64,000 nucleotides of DNA, taken from NCBI RefSeq assembly GCF_988243305.1, contig NZ_OZ547137.1; one strand, given 5' to 3'. Each line of letters begins with the position of its first letter. Position 1 is the stretch's first letter. The position numbers and the translations under genes are program-made. This stretch comes from a plasmid. Of this stretch, positions 1-10,045 are shown piece by piece. Under the pieces are notes generated by a model, which saw only the letters and a program-made list of their open reading frames with translations, ran no database searches and had not been told where the DNA came from.

Positions 1-888
1 GGCGGTGTCACCATTACGGGCGGCATTACTGGTGATACCCTCTTTCAGGGCATTCATGGTGACGTTCTGGCGCATAATCTGGCTGGCAGACTGACTGGAG
101 CCGTAGAAATAACTGTAACTGTCACTGACCAGTTGTCTGAATAACAGGTCCGGGTCCGGTCTGCCGCCAAATATCTGCTGCACATAATAATGCCAGGTCT
201 TGCCTCCCGTCTTTGTATCGAGATTCAGCCTGTCTTTCAGCGTGACCGACGCATCCTTACAGGTTATGAAATTATTATTGTTGTCATAAACGCCCCGTAG
301 CGGGCTGGGTCGGGAAAAAATCAGCGTGTAGGGGTCAGCGGAGGCCATCAGATCTTCCAGCGTGTATTTATGATTCAGGTAAATATCACCCAGCACGCAG
401 TTCTGGACGTAGTCCTGGAACAGATTGATGATTTCCGGATTCCGGGACAGGAAATCGGTGCTTTTCACAATCAGATTCGCCCCGAACAGCATGCCTGTCT
501 TGCTGTAGGTGACGCTGTCCGGTTGGGTGAATATCATCTCGTAGCTGACCACCATTGCATGCCCGATACGTGTCGTCAGTGAAAGTGGCATCGCCAGACC
601 GACCGGCACATTATCCACCCGATGGACTTTGACCAGGTCACTGTTATCAATAATCTGCACCGATGTACGGACATTAACCAGCAGGCTGATAAGCACAAAC
701 ACGGCCACCCAGCCCAGCAAATCCATCACGTTGTGCCGCTGTACCCACATCACGGCCACCGCGAGAACAGACAATGTGAGCGCAATTTTTTCGATGGAAT
801 CCCAGGTCCGCGTACTCATAAATGCCGCAATGGCGTTCAGGTTATTCCGCAACCACTCACCACCGGCAATCACATAAACTTCATTCAC
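1..888 (-). CDS. traG: TraG, N-terminal part (gene continues beyond window start); F-pilus assembly / mating-pair stabilisation
   Basis: Minus-strand translation from a GTG at 888 gives an F TraG-like N-terminus (VNEVYVIAGGEWLRNNLNAI...); start overlaps the traH stop; synteny. Confidence 0.8.
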   Translation of the reverse strand, partial: MNEVYVIAGGEWLRNNLNAIAAFMSTRTWDSIEKIALTLSVLAVAVMWVQRHNVMDLLGWVAVFVLISLLVNVRTSVQIIDNSDLVKVHRVDNVPVGLAMPLSLTTRIGHAMVVSYEMIFTQPDSVTYSKTGMLFGANLIVKSTDFLSRNPEIINLFQDYVQNCVLGDIYLNHKYTLEDLMASADPYTLIFSRPSPLRGVYDNNNNFITCKDASVTLKDRLNLDTKTGGKTWHYYVQQIFGGRPDPDLLFRQLVSDSYSYFYGSSQSASQIMRQNVTMNALKEGITSNAARNGDTA

Positions 889-2258
889 AGTGAATTCCCT
901 CCGAAGTGATAGTTGTTCTGGTAACGGCTGAGCATACGGGCGGAAAGCTGCTGGCGCATGTAGCTCATCTGACGTTCGACAACCAGCAGCGCATCCTGCT
1001 GGACCTGTACCTGGCTCTGGAAAATGGCAATCTGTTGCTGTGCCTGATTCAGATTCTCCAGAACATTGTCCATCACAGCCTGCGGATAGTTCCCGGTGGC
1101 AATCATGGCCCGGGCCTGCTGAAGCAGTTCCTGAACGTACTGGAGCATGATGTCGTAGCCGATATAGTCCGTCAGCTGGTAAACGACGCTGCTGGACACA
1201 CCGAGCATCTGCGGGTCAATCAGATATTTAAAAACGGGAATGGTGGTGCTGGAAATAAACCCCTGTTCCCGGGCGTCAAGCGGAGTGTCACTCACTGCTT
1301 TATTCTGAATACTGGTCAGCAGTTTTGTAATCTGCGATTTCAGGGCTTTATCCCGGGCGATGGTCACATTTGCATCCGCCACCACCTTCAGACACTTGTC
1401 CGAATCGTTGCAGTGGTAAATTTTTGCCGTTCCCCCCTCCATAATCGCCCGGAGGATATCGCGGTCAGTGGTACGCGCCGGCAGGGGGGTAATCTCGCTG
1501 TCTTCCCCAAAAATCAGCGTACCGGTGAGCGTCATGATAAATTCTTTCAACTCTTTGTTGCCGTCAAACATTCTGTTTTTTTTCAGCGCCTCCCATATGA
1601 TATTCTGGTTTTTCAGCACCCGCTCCTTGTCCTTGTCGCTGGCTTTGTCACGAACAGATGAGGACTGCCCTCCGACCGTGCACCCCTGACGAGATGCGGC
1701 CCAGTCGGCGAAGATATTGCTTTCACTGCCAATGTCCTGACAAACTTTCTGCTGAGATTCCTGCGTCTGAGGGAACAGCCCCCCCACAAGCCCCTGTGCC
1801 ACCTGACAGGAACTGAGGTTCATACTGTTAATGTCACTTGCCATTTTCTGCAGGAAGTCTTTTGCGGTTTTTATTTCCGGCACCGTTGTCTGCAGGGCAA
1901 GGTCAAAAAAGTAACCGGCAGCATTGCTCATAATCTGCTTAACAAAACGCTGCAACTGATCGCCATTAATAAAACTGAACGAGCCGAGATAGGCGTCGAT
2001 GCCGCCACATCCGGCATTGATATCCGGCAGCGTCATGGAAATCAGCTGGATATTTTTGACCTGGGTGCGTGCATACAGGGAGCCACCATAGGCATACCCG
2101 GCGGCCTGCCCCTGCCAGACGCCCGGCTGTGTGGTATTGGAGGCGAAGCCCAGCTTGTTAAAGAACTGATTCATATCGCTGTTCACATCCGCTGACGCTG
2201 CGGGTGTGACCGTCAGTAAAGCGGCACAAAGAACCAGAAGAGGTTTAATGCGAAGCAT
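885..2258 (-). CDS. traH: TraH, F-type pilus assembly protein
   Basis: 457-aa ORF with signal peptide; recalled similarity to F TraH and position between trbF and traG. Confidence 0.85.
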   Translation of the reverse strand: MLRIKPLLVLCAALLTVTPAASADVNSDMNQFFNKLGFASNTTQPGVWQGQAAGYAYGGSLYARTQVKNIQLISMTLPDINAGCGGIDAYLGSFSFINGDQLQRFVKQIMSNAAGYFFDLALQTTVPEIKTAKDFLQKMASDINSMNLSSCQVAQGLVGGLFPQTQESQQKVCQDIGSESNIFADWAASRQGCTVGGQSSSVRDKASDKDKERVLKNQNIIWEALKKNRMFDGNKELKEFIMTLTGTLIFGEDSEITPLPARTTDRDILRAIMEGGTAKIYHCNDSDKCLKVVADANVTIARDKALKSQITKLLTSIQNKAVSDTPLDAREQGFISSTTIPVFKYLIDPQMLGVSSSVVYQLTDYIGYDIMLQYVQELLQQARAMIATGNYPQAVMDNVLENLNQAQQQIAIFQSQVQVQQDALLVVERQMSYMRQQLSARMLSRYQNNYHFGGNSL

Positions 2259-2670
2259 TATTGCTGCCCTCCCTTAATGTGTTCTCCCGGCGCATACGGC
2301 GTTTCAGCAGGAATATCCGGACACCCCCAAATATTATTTCGCACAACGGCGACAGAGAAGCCGCAGCAAGAAAACCAGCTGCAAGCGCATATAACATAAT
2401 CGGAATGACATACATCAGGGTGTTCCACATATAACGAAAATTATTTAATTCCGGGTCAGCTTTCCACGAATCAATACCGGCACTGAAAAAATCATGCATA
2501 ACGTTCCTTACAATCAATCCGGCAGCAAAGAAAACCACAAAAAGCCAGAAGTATTTTTTTGCATTATCACAACCACGTTCAATCTCCCTTTCAATTTGTT
2601 TGATTCCCGGTTCTGTATCATTTATTTTTTCTTTCATCATAAGTTCCCTCTGATATTTCTGATGATTCAT
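2245..2670 (-). CDS. trbF: TrbF-like small membrane protein
   Basis: 141-aa ORF with a hydrophobic core immediately upstream of traH, as in F; start uncertain. Confidence 0.45.
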   Translation of the reverse strand: MNHQKYQRELMMKEKINDTEPGIKQIEREIERGCDNAKKYFWLFVVFFAAGLIVRNVMHDFFSAGIDSWKADPELNNFRYMWNTLMYVIPIMLYALAAGFLAAASLSPLCEIIFGGVRIFLLKRRMRRENTLREGSNNASH

Positions 2671-2998
2671 GCAGACAGGTCATGCGGCTGTAATATATTT
2701 CAGACACCGAAATCCATCCCACAATTGCCCCCACAAAAAACACAACAGAAACAGAAAAGGTAAGACACAGCGAAACGACAATTTCCACAGGGCTGGCGGG
2801 ATAAAAAAGCCCCTGACGGATAAAGGGGATATTCAGGCTGACGATTATTCCCGTCGCGATGCCGGATATTCCGGCAATGAGTAACACCACCTGCTTATTT
2901 CGCACCTTTTTCCTCTCCGTATATCTGCAGAACGGTATCCATCCGCGCCATAAAACTGGCGGCATCCGTTGCCCCCTGCAAAAGCGGTAATGCCTCAA
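2618..2998 (-). CDS. trbJ: TrbJ-like small membrane protein (true start probably internal)
   Basis: ORF between trbB and trbF with a TM segment (VVLLIAGISGIATGIIV); overlaps neighbours, so the real start is likely an internal GTG. Confidence 0.4.
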   Translation of the reverse strand: MRHYRFCRGQRMPPVLWRGWIPFCRYTERKKVRNKQVVLLIAGISGIATGIIVSLNIPFIRQGLFYPASPVEIVVSLCLTFSVSVVFFVGAIVGWISVSEIYYSRMTCLHESSEISEGTYDERKNK

Positions 2999-3440
2999 GT
3001 GTGTTGACGTTGACCAGGAAGGTGGTCGGTGTGGCCACCGGGATATTCGGGAAGAAGGTCTGCATCACGTCCGGTGGCACCGGTAATGCTTCCGGAAAGG
3101 CGGTATCACCCTGACCATCCAGGGTGTAGGGAAAAACAGAAAAGCCGTACTGCTGTGCCAGCTGTTTCAGTACCGGGTCAAACTGGTGACAGTAAGGGCA
3201 ATGCCCCTGCATAAACAGCACCACCTTCCAGTCGGCCAGGTTAACCTGCCTGCCGTTGCTGAGGCGGAACCAGCGGGGAGCCGGCTTTTCTGTTCTGGCT
3301 GATGTGTCTGCTGCCGGTTGTGCAGGCTGCACGGCCATACCCTGCGGATTCCAGAGTCGTTCAATTTCATCCCGGGTGGAGGTCTGCACACCTGTGGCCA
3401 TCATCAACAAAATGACCGGCAGTAATTTAGTGAGAGACAT
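2895..3440 (-). CDS. trbB: TrbB, periplasmic thioredoxin-fold disulfide isomerase
   Basis: 181-aa ORF with signal peptide and a CPYC motif (GHCPYCHQF); synteny. Confidence 0.8.
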   Translation of the reverse strand: MSLTKLLPVILLMMATGVQTSTRDEIERLWNPQGMAVQPAQPAADTSARTEKPAPRWFRLSNGRQVNLADWKVVLFMQGHCPYCHQFDPVLKQLAQQYGFSVFPYTLDGQGDTAFPEALPVPPDVMQTFFPNIPVATPTTFLVNVNTLEALPLLQGATDAASFMARMDTVLQIYGEEKGAK

Positions 3441-3711
3441 GTCCGCCCTCCTGCTGCCCTTCCATCATGGCCTGTTGCCTGGCTTCCAGTGCCTCACGCT
3501 CTTCCAGGCTGACACGTGCAATCCATGCATCCAGCAACTGGTATGCGCCGAACAGCACAAGGATGGCCGCAATCAACTCCGCCAGAAAAAAAGCCATCCA
3601 GGGTTTGCTGTAAACAAGACGGGCGACGATATGAAACCAGACACCCAGAGAAAATACCCACATTCCCGTAATATCAAGCCGGGGTAAAGAGAATCTGCAT
3701 TTACTTATCAT
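3427..3711 (-). CDS. traQ: TraQ, pilin chaperone
   Basis: 94-aa membrane protein; size and position match F TraQ. Confidence 0.7.
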   Translation of the reverse strand: MISKCRFSLPRLDITGMWVFSLGVWFHIVARLVYSKPWMAFFLAELIAAILVLFGAYQLLDAWIARVSLEEREALEARQQAMMEGQQEGGHVSH

Positions 3712-3837
3712 GTTAAACTCCGGTTATTATTTACATGAGAATATTCATGTCTGTAATATTCGCGTTTGTGTGATATTAATCAGATCAACCTCATTATTTT
3801 GTATGGTTTTTATTACCGTTTTATATGACTTAGCCTG

Positions 3838-4176
3838 TCATAAGCCCCTTATAAAAAACCACATCACTCCGGACCATGCTGATGACAACATAATACAGAT
3901 AAATATTCTTCTGAACCTGTCGAAGCTCGTAACGTTCGGTAATGAGCCAATAACCATTGGAACAACCATTGCTGCGCCCTGATTCATAATTGCACCACAC
4001 AGAAACCAGAGACTGGCGGTAAGCACATATAAACACGCGATATTAATAACAAGGAAAACCAGTGAGCTCAGGAGAAACATTTTCCTGTCATTACGCTCAG
4101 AAAAGAAATAACCGGCAATAATGACAAATATTAACAGAACAACACCTGTAAACATTTTCAAATAATCTTCACTCAT
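3838..4176 (-). CDS. trbA: TrbA-like inner-membrane protein
   Basis: 112-aa multi-TM ORF between traF and traQ. Confidence 0.5.
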   Translation of the reverse strand: MSEDYLKMFTGVVLLIFVIIAGYFFSERNDRKMFLLSSLVFLVINIACLYVLTASLWFLCGAIMNQGAAMVVPMVIGSLPNVTSFDRFRRIFICIMLSSAWSGVMWFFIRGL

Positions 4177-4191
4177 AAATCAAATCCGCGA

Positions 4192-4935
4192 TTAAAATTT
4201 TGGTTTAAAATCTTCAGAAACGTTCAGGAATTGTTTTGCCAGGTCGTCCTGCGAAATAAAGCCGTATGATAACGGGCGAACACTGCCCTGTTTCGGGTCA
4301 ACCAGCATCATGGCCGGGTAATATTTCACGCCGAGGCGCTGCGCCTGCCCCTGGTCAGTCCGGGAATCCGGCAACAGCGGATTAATCACGCCATCCACGG
4401 AAACGGGAATAACACTCAGACCATACGTATCCCGGAAGCCATTAATGACCTGCGCCAGCTGCCCGTCGATGGGGGCCTGCCCCCGGTAAAAAAACATGAT
4501 GCCGTAGTGTTCAGCCAGTTTCGCAATGGCCTGTCGCTGCTGCGCCTGGTCTGCCGCCAGCTGGTTCCGTACCGTGCCGTTGTAATGGCTGTACTGCAGG
4601 TTATAGTCCAGTTCGGGATGTGCCAGCATGGCCTTTTTAGCACTCATGGTGAAAAGCCCGGCCTGCTGAGTCCAGTAATTCTGCAGCCGGAAATATTTCA
4701 CAAAATTATCCACGCCGGGATACAGAATGGCTTCGTACAGCGCCCGCTTTGTTGCCGTCTGCAGCGCGGCCAGTTTCTGCATAATATCCGGCTCCTGACG
4801 GGGGGCTGCAGGTACAGGTTTATTTTCTTTTTCCTTTGGACTTATTTTCTCGTTATACCACTGCCAGCCTGCATCTTTCCCTGACGCCGGAAAAATAAAG
4901 CAGCAGAGTAACAGTGGCAGTAATGCTTTATTCAT
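4192..4935 (-). CDS. traF: TraF, periplasmic thioredoxin-like pilus assembly protein
   Basis: ORF 4192-4965; likely start at MNKALLPLLLCCF (4935); signal peptide; recalled F TraF similarity. Confidence 0.85.
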   Translation of the reverse strand: MNKALLPLLLCCFIFPASGKDAGWQWYNEKISPKEKENKPVPAAPRQEPDIMQKLAALQTATKRALYEAILYPGVDNFVKYFRLQNYWTQQAGLFTMSAKKAMLAHPELDYNLQYSHYNGTVRNQLAADQAQQRQAIAKLAEHYGIMFFYRGQAPIDGQLAQVINGFRDTYGLSVIPVSVDGVINPLLPDSRTDQGQAQRLGVKYYPAMMLVDPKQGSVRPLSYGFISQDDLAKQFLNVSEDFKPKF

Positions 4936-5188
4936 CTTCATTCCTTTCATCATTTTTTCTTTCATCAGCTTTCTGCAGGCCAGTCAGGGCAGAAAAACAA
5001 AAATACAGAATAAACAGGAGCACACCGGAGTAAAGGATAACGAAAGCAGCGGCAAGCATCCCGTCTGCCGTGGTTTCTTTTACCGTATCCCACGACCAGA
5101 TAATTACCGGAGAAATGACAATCGCTGTAATCAAAAGCCGGATAAGAAAATCAACAAGACGATTAGAAGTGAATATGACTTTCATCAT
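4928..5188 (-). CDS. trbE: TrbE small membrane protein
   Basis: 86-aa hydrophobic ORF between traN and traF. Confidence 0.6.
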   Translation of the reverse strand: MMKVIFTSNRLVDFLIRLLITAIVISPVIIWSWDTVKETTADGMLAAAFVILYSGVLLFILYFCFSALTGLQKADERKNDERNEDE

Positions 5189-5211
5189 TTCCCCCGGTTA
5201 TTTTCCATTTC

Positions 5212-7062
5212 TTACTGTCCTGCCTGTTTCAGCTGGTCAGCAATCTGCTCTTTCACTTTCTGCGTCAGAACGCCACTGTCCGGGATTTTCTGGTTATTCA
5301 TCAGGTCTTCGTAGAAGTTAGTGAAATCCAGTCTGTCGAACTGAATTTTCTGCAGCTCATCAACCGTAATCCCCCGACAGTCAGGATGCTTCGCACTGCC
5401 AAACCCGATACGCAACTGCCCGTTACGCCCCTGCTGCTGGACTATCTGCGCCAGCTTCGAATCAAACTGGCAGTAGCTGCGCTTTTTCTGCAGGCAGACC
5501 CCCAGCACCTTTTTCGAACAGAACTCACCCACACTCACCGTCAGTTTATTGTCCTTTGCCTTTCCCAGCGCCTTTTCTTCACTGTTGCACTTCGCCAGCC
5601 CCACATCCTGACCCCAGCCGCCATCCTTACAGCAGTTACTGAAGCCGGCTGCGGCCTTACGGCAGAATTTCGCCTCACCCGTGAAAGCCCTGACATCCAC
5701 ACCATTCAGGGCGGCAACATCCTTACCTGCGGCGGCAAGCGCAGCCAGCTGTGATACTGCTTCACCAAAATCACTGCTTTTTCCGCTCTGTGCCTTATCG
5801 CATTCACCGTCAAGGCAGAAGACATCACCACCACAGACCATCACTTTTCCTGATGTTTTTGACTCGCAGGAGTACGTGGCGTACTCATGCAGACAGGTTC
5901 CCTCATCGGAATAAAACGCGCACTGACGTGAGGCCAGCGTACAGGCCGGATTATCGACATATTTCTGACAGGTGCCGTTATCTGCGGACTGAGTGACATA
6001 TTTATCCCGGTATGCCCAGCATGCCTGTGTGATGCTCCAGGGTTTACCTTCCATCACACCCGTTTTCGTACCACCCGGCTCTGAACACTCAGTGCCTTTC
6101 AGCACGCCATCCGCTTTATTAAACGGACAACTCTCCACCCACTCCACCCGGGGAACCCATTCTTTATCACGGACCTTCATCCTGAGTTTCAGCGTAAAGG
6201 TGGAAGCACCACTGACAAGCGATTCATAGACTTTCCTGTCACCATTCCCGTGCGGGAGGCAATTACCGTTTGCAGTACAGCCACTACCGGTCAGAACCTG
6301 CCCCTGTGTGACAGAAAACCCGGAGGGCACAGGTATGGTGAAAGTCCCGCTCTGTCCTGTAACCAGTTGCACATTAAAGGTTGTGTTCATAAAGTCGTAA
6401 CGGGAGTTAAGGAAATATAGCCCTGCATGAACCGATAGCGAGGCACTTTCCACTGTCCCGGCAACAGGTACGGTAACGCTGAACACCAGTTTCAGACCGT
6501 TCATACTGAACCGGAACTGTGAGTGCGGTATCGTCACCTCACGATATTCATCCGTGTACTTCCAGTCTCCGGTGATACTGGCAGTCCGGGAGCAGTATTC
6601 CTCCACCATCGTGTCCCGCTCACAGGTATAGTTTGTGAACTCACTGCGGTTTATCTGCTGCGCACTGCACTGCTGCCCGGTGTTTCCCACAATGCTGTCA
6701 GCCCGGTTCACCACATCCCTGCCGGTCTGGATAAACGGCGCATCCGGTGAAAGAATGTCTTTCGGCTTGTTCATGAATGACTCTGTGATAGTTTTTCCGG
6801 TTTCACCGGTCGCCCATTCCGTGGTGCCGTCATTTTTCAGGCCGCCATCCCCGCCGGCAGTCACGCCACCGTAATATTTTGTCTCATCCGGATTCGCGTT
6901 ATAGCCGGGGATACTCTCCTGTGGCTTAAAGCCCTGAATACTGCTGCTTCCCTGCCCTTTGATCTGGTGAGCAAAATCAGAACCGGCCCGGTAACCACTG
7001 TTGCTGTCAGCCTGTGCCATACCGGTAACCAGAGCCAGTATCAGAGGTAAAATACGTTTCAT
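5212..7062 (-). CDS. traN: TraN, outer-membrane mating-pair stabilisation protein
   Basis: 616-aa Cys-rich secreted protein; synteny. Confidence 0.9.
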   Translation of the reverse strand: MKRILPLILALVTGMAQADSNSGYRAGSDFAHQIKGQGSSSIQGFKPQESIPGYNANPDETKYYGGVTAGGDGGLKNDGTTEWATGETGKTITESFMNKPKDILSPDAPFIQTGRDVVNRADSIVGNTGQQCSAQQINRSEFTNYTCERDTMVEEYCSRTASITGDWKYTDEYREVTIPHSQFRFSMNGLKLVFSVTVPVAGTVESASLSVHAGLYFLNSRYDFMNTTFNVQLVTGQSGTFTIPVPSGFSVTQGQVLTGSGCTANGNCLPHGNGDRKVYESLVSGASTFTLKLRMKVRDKEWVPRVEWVESCPFNKADGVLKGTECSEPGGTKTGVMEGKPWSITQACWAYRDKYVTQSADNGTCQKYVDNPACTLASRQCAFYSDEGTCLHEYATYSCESKTSGKVMVCGGDVFCLDGECDKAQSGKSSDFGEAVSQLAALAAAGKDVAALNGVDVRAFTGEAKFCRKAAAGFSNCCKDGGWGQDVGLAKCNSEEKALGKAKDNKLTVSVGEFCSKKVLGVCLQKKRSYCQFDSKLAQIVQQQGRNGQLRIGFGSAKHPDCRGITVDELQKIQFDRLDFTNFYEDLMNNQKIPDSGVLTQKVKEQIADQLKQAGQ

Positions 7063-7709
7063 TTTCCGGAATCTCCTTTCCCTGCCAGTAAATCATGAGC
7101 CACCTGCCGGCAGTTACCCGTGGCGGCCACTTTCTCCAGCGCCTGGCCGACCCGCAGATTTCCCCGGATGATGTCGTATCCCTGACAGCAGAACACCACC
7201 AGTGCCGGTACGCTGCGAATGCCGTACTGTGAAAACAGCGTCGGGTCGATCTGAACACCATCAGTTGCGCCGTCTTTCACCAGGGACAACACGGCGTCAG
7301 CCGTGGCCTTCAGGTCGTTGTTCACCATGCCCCGCAGCGTGGCCGGAATACCGTAATGCCGGGTTTCGCCCAGCATCCGTTTCAGCCCCTCTTCGGGAAT
7401 GGAGAAGGACACAAAGTACACGGCGCCCTGCTGTGGTTTATCCTTCTGAGCAGCCTGCTGTTTACGGACCAGTTCATCGAGAAACTGGTTATCGGAATGC
7501 TGAAGGGGATTCGCCCTGACCTGCTGCTCTGCCCATGCCTGCAACTGTATGTCCGGCTTTTCACGTAACTGCTGACTCAGTGTTTCCTGCTGCTTCAGGA
7601 ACTGGCGGTTTTCAGTTGTGTTCACATTTTCTGAAGCATGAACAGCAAGATGCATCCCTGCTGTCAGAGCAAAAAGTGCAAATATTTTCCGGTTCATGAT
7701 ATTTCTCAC
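7059..7709 (-). CDS. trbC: TrbC, periplasmic pilus assembly protein
   Basis: 216-aa ORF with signal peptide; overlaps traN start. Confidence 0.8.
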   Translation of the reverse strand: MRNIMNRKIFALFALTAGMHLAVHASENVNTTENRQFLKQQETLSQQLREKPDIQLQAWAEQQVRANPLQHSDNQFLDELVRKQQAAQKDKPQQGAVYFVSFSIPEEGLKRMLGETRHYGIPATLRGMVNNDLKATADAVLSLVKDGATDGVQIDPTLFSQYGIRSVPALVVFCCQGYDIIRGNLRVGQALEKVAATGNCRQVAHDLLAGKGDSGK

Positions 7710-8017
7710 TTTCTGCTATTTACAGGCATGAACTCATCAGAAAAAAGATAATTGAGAAAAACAGCCATAAACACACATGTAAATGTCACCTTCAGATATA
7801 ATCTGACAAGTGTCACTTGTTCTGATATATCTGCCTTCTTCCATTCATGAATAATTTCAGCGAGAAAACTGTCAGGTGCAAAATAAAATAATATAACGGG
7901 CACCATTACAAGACCAAAAGGAAATAAATTTAATGTTCTGCTTATCAGCCTGAGCAGCACAGCACCTATTTTCCTGAGGTGCTGAATATATTTACTGTCC
8001 ATTGTTGCCATTTTCAT
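7706..8017 (-). CDS. Hypothetical small membrane protein between traU and trbC
   Basis: 103-aa ORF, translationally coupled to trbC, hydrophobic segments; no family recognised. Confidence 0.35.
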   Translation of the reverse strand: MKMATMDSKYIQHLRKIGAVLLRLISRTLNLFPFGLVMVPVILFYFAPDSFLAEIIHEWKKADISEQVTLVRLYLKVTFTCVFMAVFLNYLFSDEFMPVNSRK

Positions 8018-8040
8018 TTCCTCTTATTCATTAAAATGAT

Positions 8041-9033
8041 TTACAGGAATACACAGTTACGTTTACGCCACATCAGGTAGCCGAAGTTTTTCTTTGTGTT
8101 GGGCGGATTTTTTCCCGTCTCCCAGCGCATCACACTGCGCCCGAACGGATGGCACTGTCCGCTGTCCGGATACATATTCACCATCTGATAACGCCAGCGT
8201 TCTTTGGGCAGGATTGGGGACGGATATTCATTACAGACGGCGTTATTTTTCCCGATGGTTTCCATAATCATGCCCTGACGGTGCAGCTTGAATGCCATGC
8301 GTTCACTGACCAGCAGGGAGGACTGCAACGGACTGGACTCATTACTCACCCAGCCATTGAACGGGTACATACTGCCCTGCGAACCGGCACACCAGAACAG
8401 AACATCGAGAGGCATATTAAAGGCACTGGCAATGGCATCTGCTGCGCAGGCCCCCTGTGCTATCGGATTGGCAAAAATGACGGCTTCCGGGTTGAGAATG
8501 GTGGTAAGGCTGCTGTCCGTCCAGGTGGGGTCGATTTCAGAAAGATAAGCGATATCCAGGTCACCACCTTCCAGACAGCCCAGCGATGTGATGATGTTCA
8601 GCCAGTACGTCAGCGGGTATTTGTACCAGTGAACGTGATAGAACGCCCCGTTCACCTGCTTCTCATCCTTTTTCGCCGTTCCCTGTGCCGTTTTACCAAA
8701 AGCCGGCAGGCTGAAGCCCAGGTTCACCATGCATCCCGGTGACCGGGTGACGTCCGTCAGCGCCATCGGCTCCCAGTAACCAATGGCCAGCCCGATACGC
8801 CTGAACAGCGGCGGCGGTGCCGGACAAATCTGAATAGGCATCGACGGGTTCGCCGTGTCGGGGACCTTACCCTGACTGACTTTGATACTGCCCAGCGAGA
8901 GCGGGAAAATACAGCTCCAGCAGATATCCGTGATCGGGTTTACAAAACGCCCCTCACAGGCAGAATCCGCAGACGCTGCAGGGACATGACCGGCGAGAAG
9001 GAATAACATCAGCAGCCACAGTCTTCGCTTCAT
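8041..9033 (-). CDS. traU: TraU, pilus assembly / DNA transfer protein
   Basis: 330-aa ORF with signal peptide; recalled TraU similarity and synteny. Confidence 0.9.
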   Translation of the reverse strand: MKRRLWLLMLFLLAGHVPAASADSACEGRFVNPITDICWSCIFPLSLGSIKVSQGKVPDTANPSMPIQICPAPPPLFRRIGLAIGYWEPMALTDVTRSPGCMVNLGFSLPAFGKTAQGTAKKDEKQVNGAFYHVHWYKYPLTYWLNIITSLGCLEGGDLDIAYLSEIDPTWTDSSLTTILNPEAVIFANPIAQGACAADAIASAFNMPLDVLFWCAGSQGSMYPFNGWVSNESSPLQSSLLVSERMAFKLHRQGMIMETIGKNNAVCNEYPSPILPKERWRYQMVNMYPDSGQCHPFGRSVMRWETGKNPPNTKKNFGYLMWRKRNCVFL

Positions 9034-9776
9034 TTTCTGCCCTCCTCTGCCGGAATAAATTCCACCTTCAGGAAGCGATCGCCGGGAACGGCGCTCACCC
9101 GTGCCGGGACCTGATCAATGCCGAGGCGCTGGCAGAGCACACCGTTCTGGTCAAAGTAAACACGGCTGTCCAGAGACTTCTGCATCTCCGGGATACTGCC
9201 CTGCACGAGGATAATTTTGCTCTCCAGTGTGGGCGGCGTCTGGCGTTTCATCCAGGCCACCTGCGCCGGATCATCGCCATTGATGAAATACAGCGTCTGG
9301 TTAAAAGGAACATACTGCAGCGGATTCATCACTTCACCCTGACGGGCAAACACCCGCCCTTCGTTATCCCGGATATCCGCAGCCAGTCTGACGGACGGGT
9401 CAAACAACCGGCTGCCGTATTTCTCTGTGCGTCCGATACCGGGCACGGCAGGGGGCCGCAGACTGTTACGGATCACCCGCTCCTTAAAGGCATCCATTTT
9501 CCGGCCCATCTCACCGGACTGCTCCAGTGCCGTCAGGCGCTGCATGATCACCGTCAGCATGTCCGGCTCCTTTACCGGCCACAGATCGCCCCAGGTGCCA
9601 AGATCGGCGGCGGCCACACTCTGCCCCCATATCAGCAGGGCAATCAGCCCCCGGCATCTCATGGTTCCGCCCTCATTCGCCGGGCAATATCCTGCTGGAT
9701 TTCCCGGGTGATATCCGGTGCCCCCTGTACCACGGCAGGCGACACCAGAATGACCGCGTGGTGTTTCTGCTGCCAT
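9030..9776 (-). CDS. traW: TraW, pilus assembly protein (start probably internal, near 9662)
   Basis: ORF overlaps trbI; signal-peptide-like MRCRGLIALLIWGQSVAA; synteny. Confidence 0.8.
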   Translation of the reverse strand: MAAETPRGHSGVACRGTGGTGYHPGNPAGYCPANEGGTMRCRGLIALLIWGQSVAAADLGTWGDLWPVKEPDMLTVIMQRLTALEQSGEMGRKMDAFKERVIRNSLRPPAVPGIGRTEKYGSRLFDPSVRLAADIRDNEGRVFARQGEVMNPLQYVPFNQTLYFINGDDPAQVAWMKRQTPPTLESKIILVQGSIPEMQKSLDSRVYFDQNGVLCQRLGIDQVPARVSAVPGDRFLKVEFIPAEEGRK

Positions 9777-10045
9777 GCCTGCAGGCTGGCTTCCAGTGCC
9801 GTGTTAAAACGCGCTGAAAGGGCTTTTGACTGTGCTTCTGACAGTTGTTTCTGACTGGCGCTGTCAAAAAACGCATCCACGGTCTGTTTCATGTTGAAGG
9901 CGGCAGTCACCGGTGCGTTCAGTCTGACAATGCCATAACTGATGGCTGCGTTCAGTAACACCATTGCCAGGCATCCCGGCACGGTCCACCACCAGTGGCT
10001 GCGTCGGGGGGCTGTAACGTCAGTCGTTTTTTGCGTTGTGGTCAT
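9659..10045 (-). CDS. trbI: TrbI, inner-membrane pilus retraction protein
   Basis: 128-aa ORF with N-terminal TM, between traC and traW. Confidence 0.7.
   Translation of the reverse strand: MTTTQKTTDVTAPRRSHWWWTVPGCLAMVLLNAAISYGIVRLNAPVTAAFNMKQTVDAFFDSASQKQLSEAQSKALSARFNTALEASLQAWQQKHHAVILVSPAVVQGAPDITREIQQDIARRMRAEP

Noticed and set aside
906-1661. 251-aa plus-strand ORF overlapping traH, and similar antisense ORFs inside traC (11722-12312), traU (8149-8742) and traB (14848-15811)
   Set aside because: These lie antisense to long, recognisable tra genes and have no independent support; treated as shadow ORFs.
3710-3982. 90-aa plus-strand ORF antisense to the traQ/trbA region, possibly artA
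   Set aside because: F carries an antisense artA gene in this neighbourhood, but the sequence here is not recognisable and the ORF is AT-rich; too weak to call.
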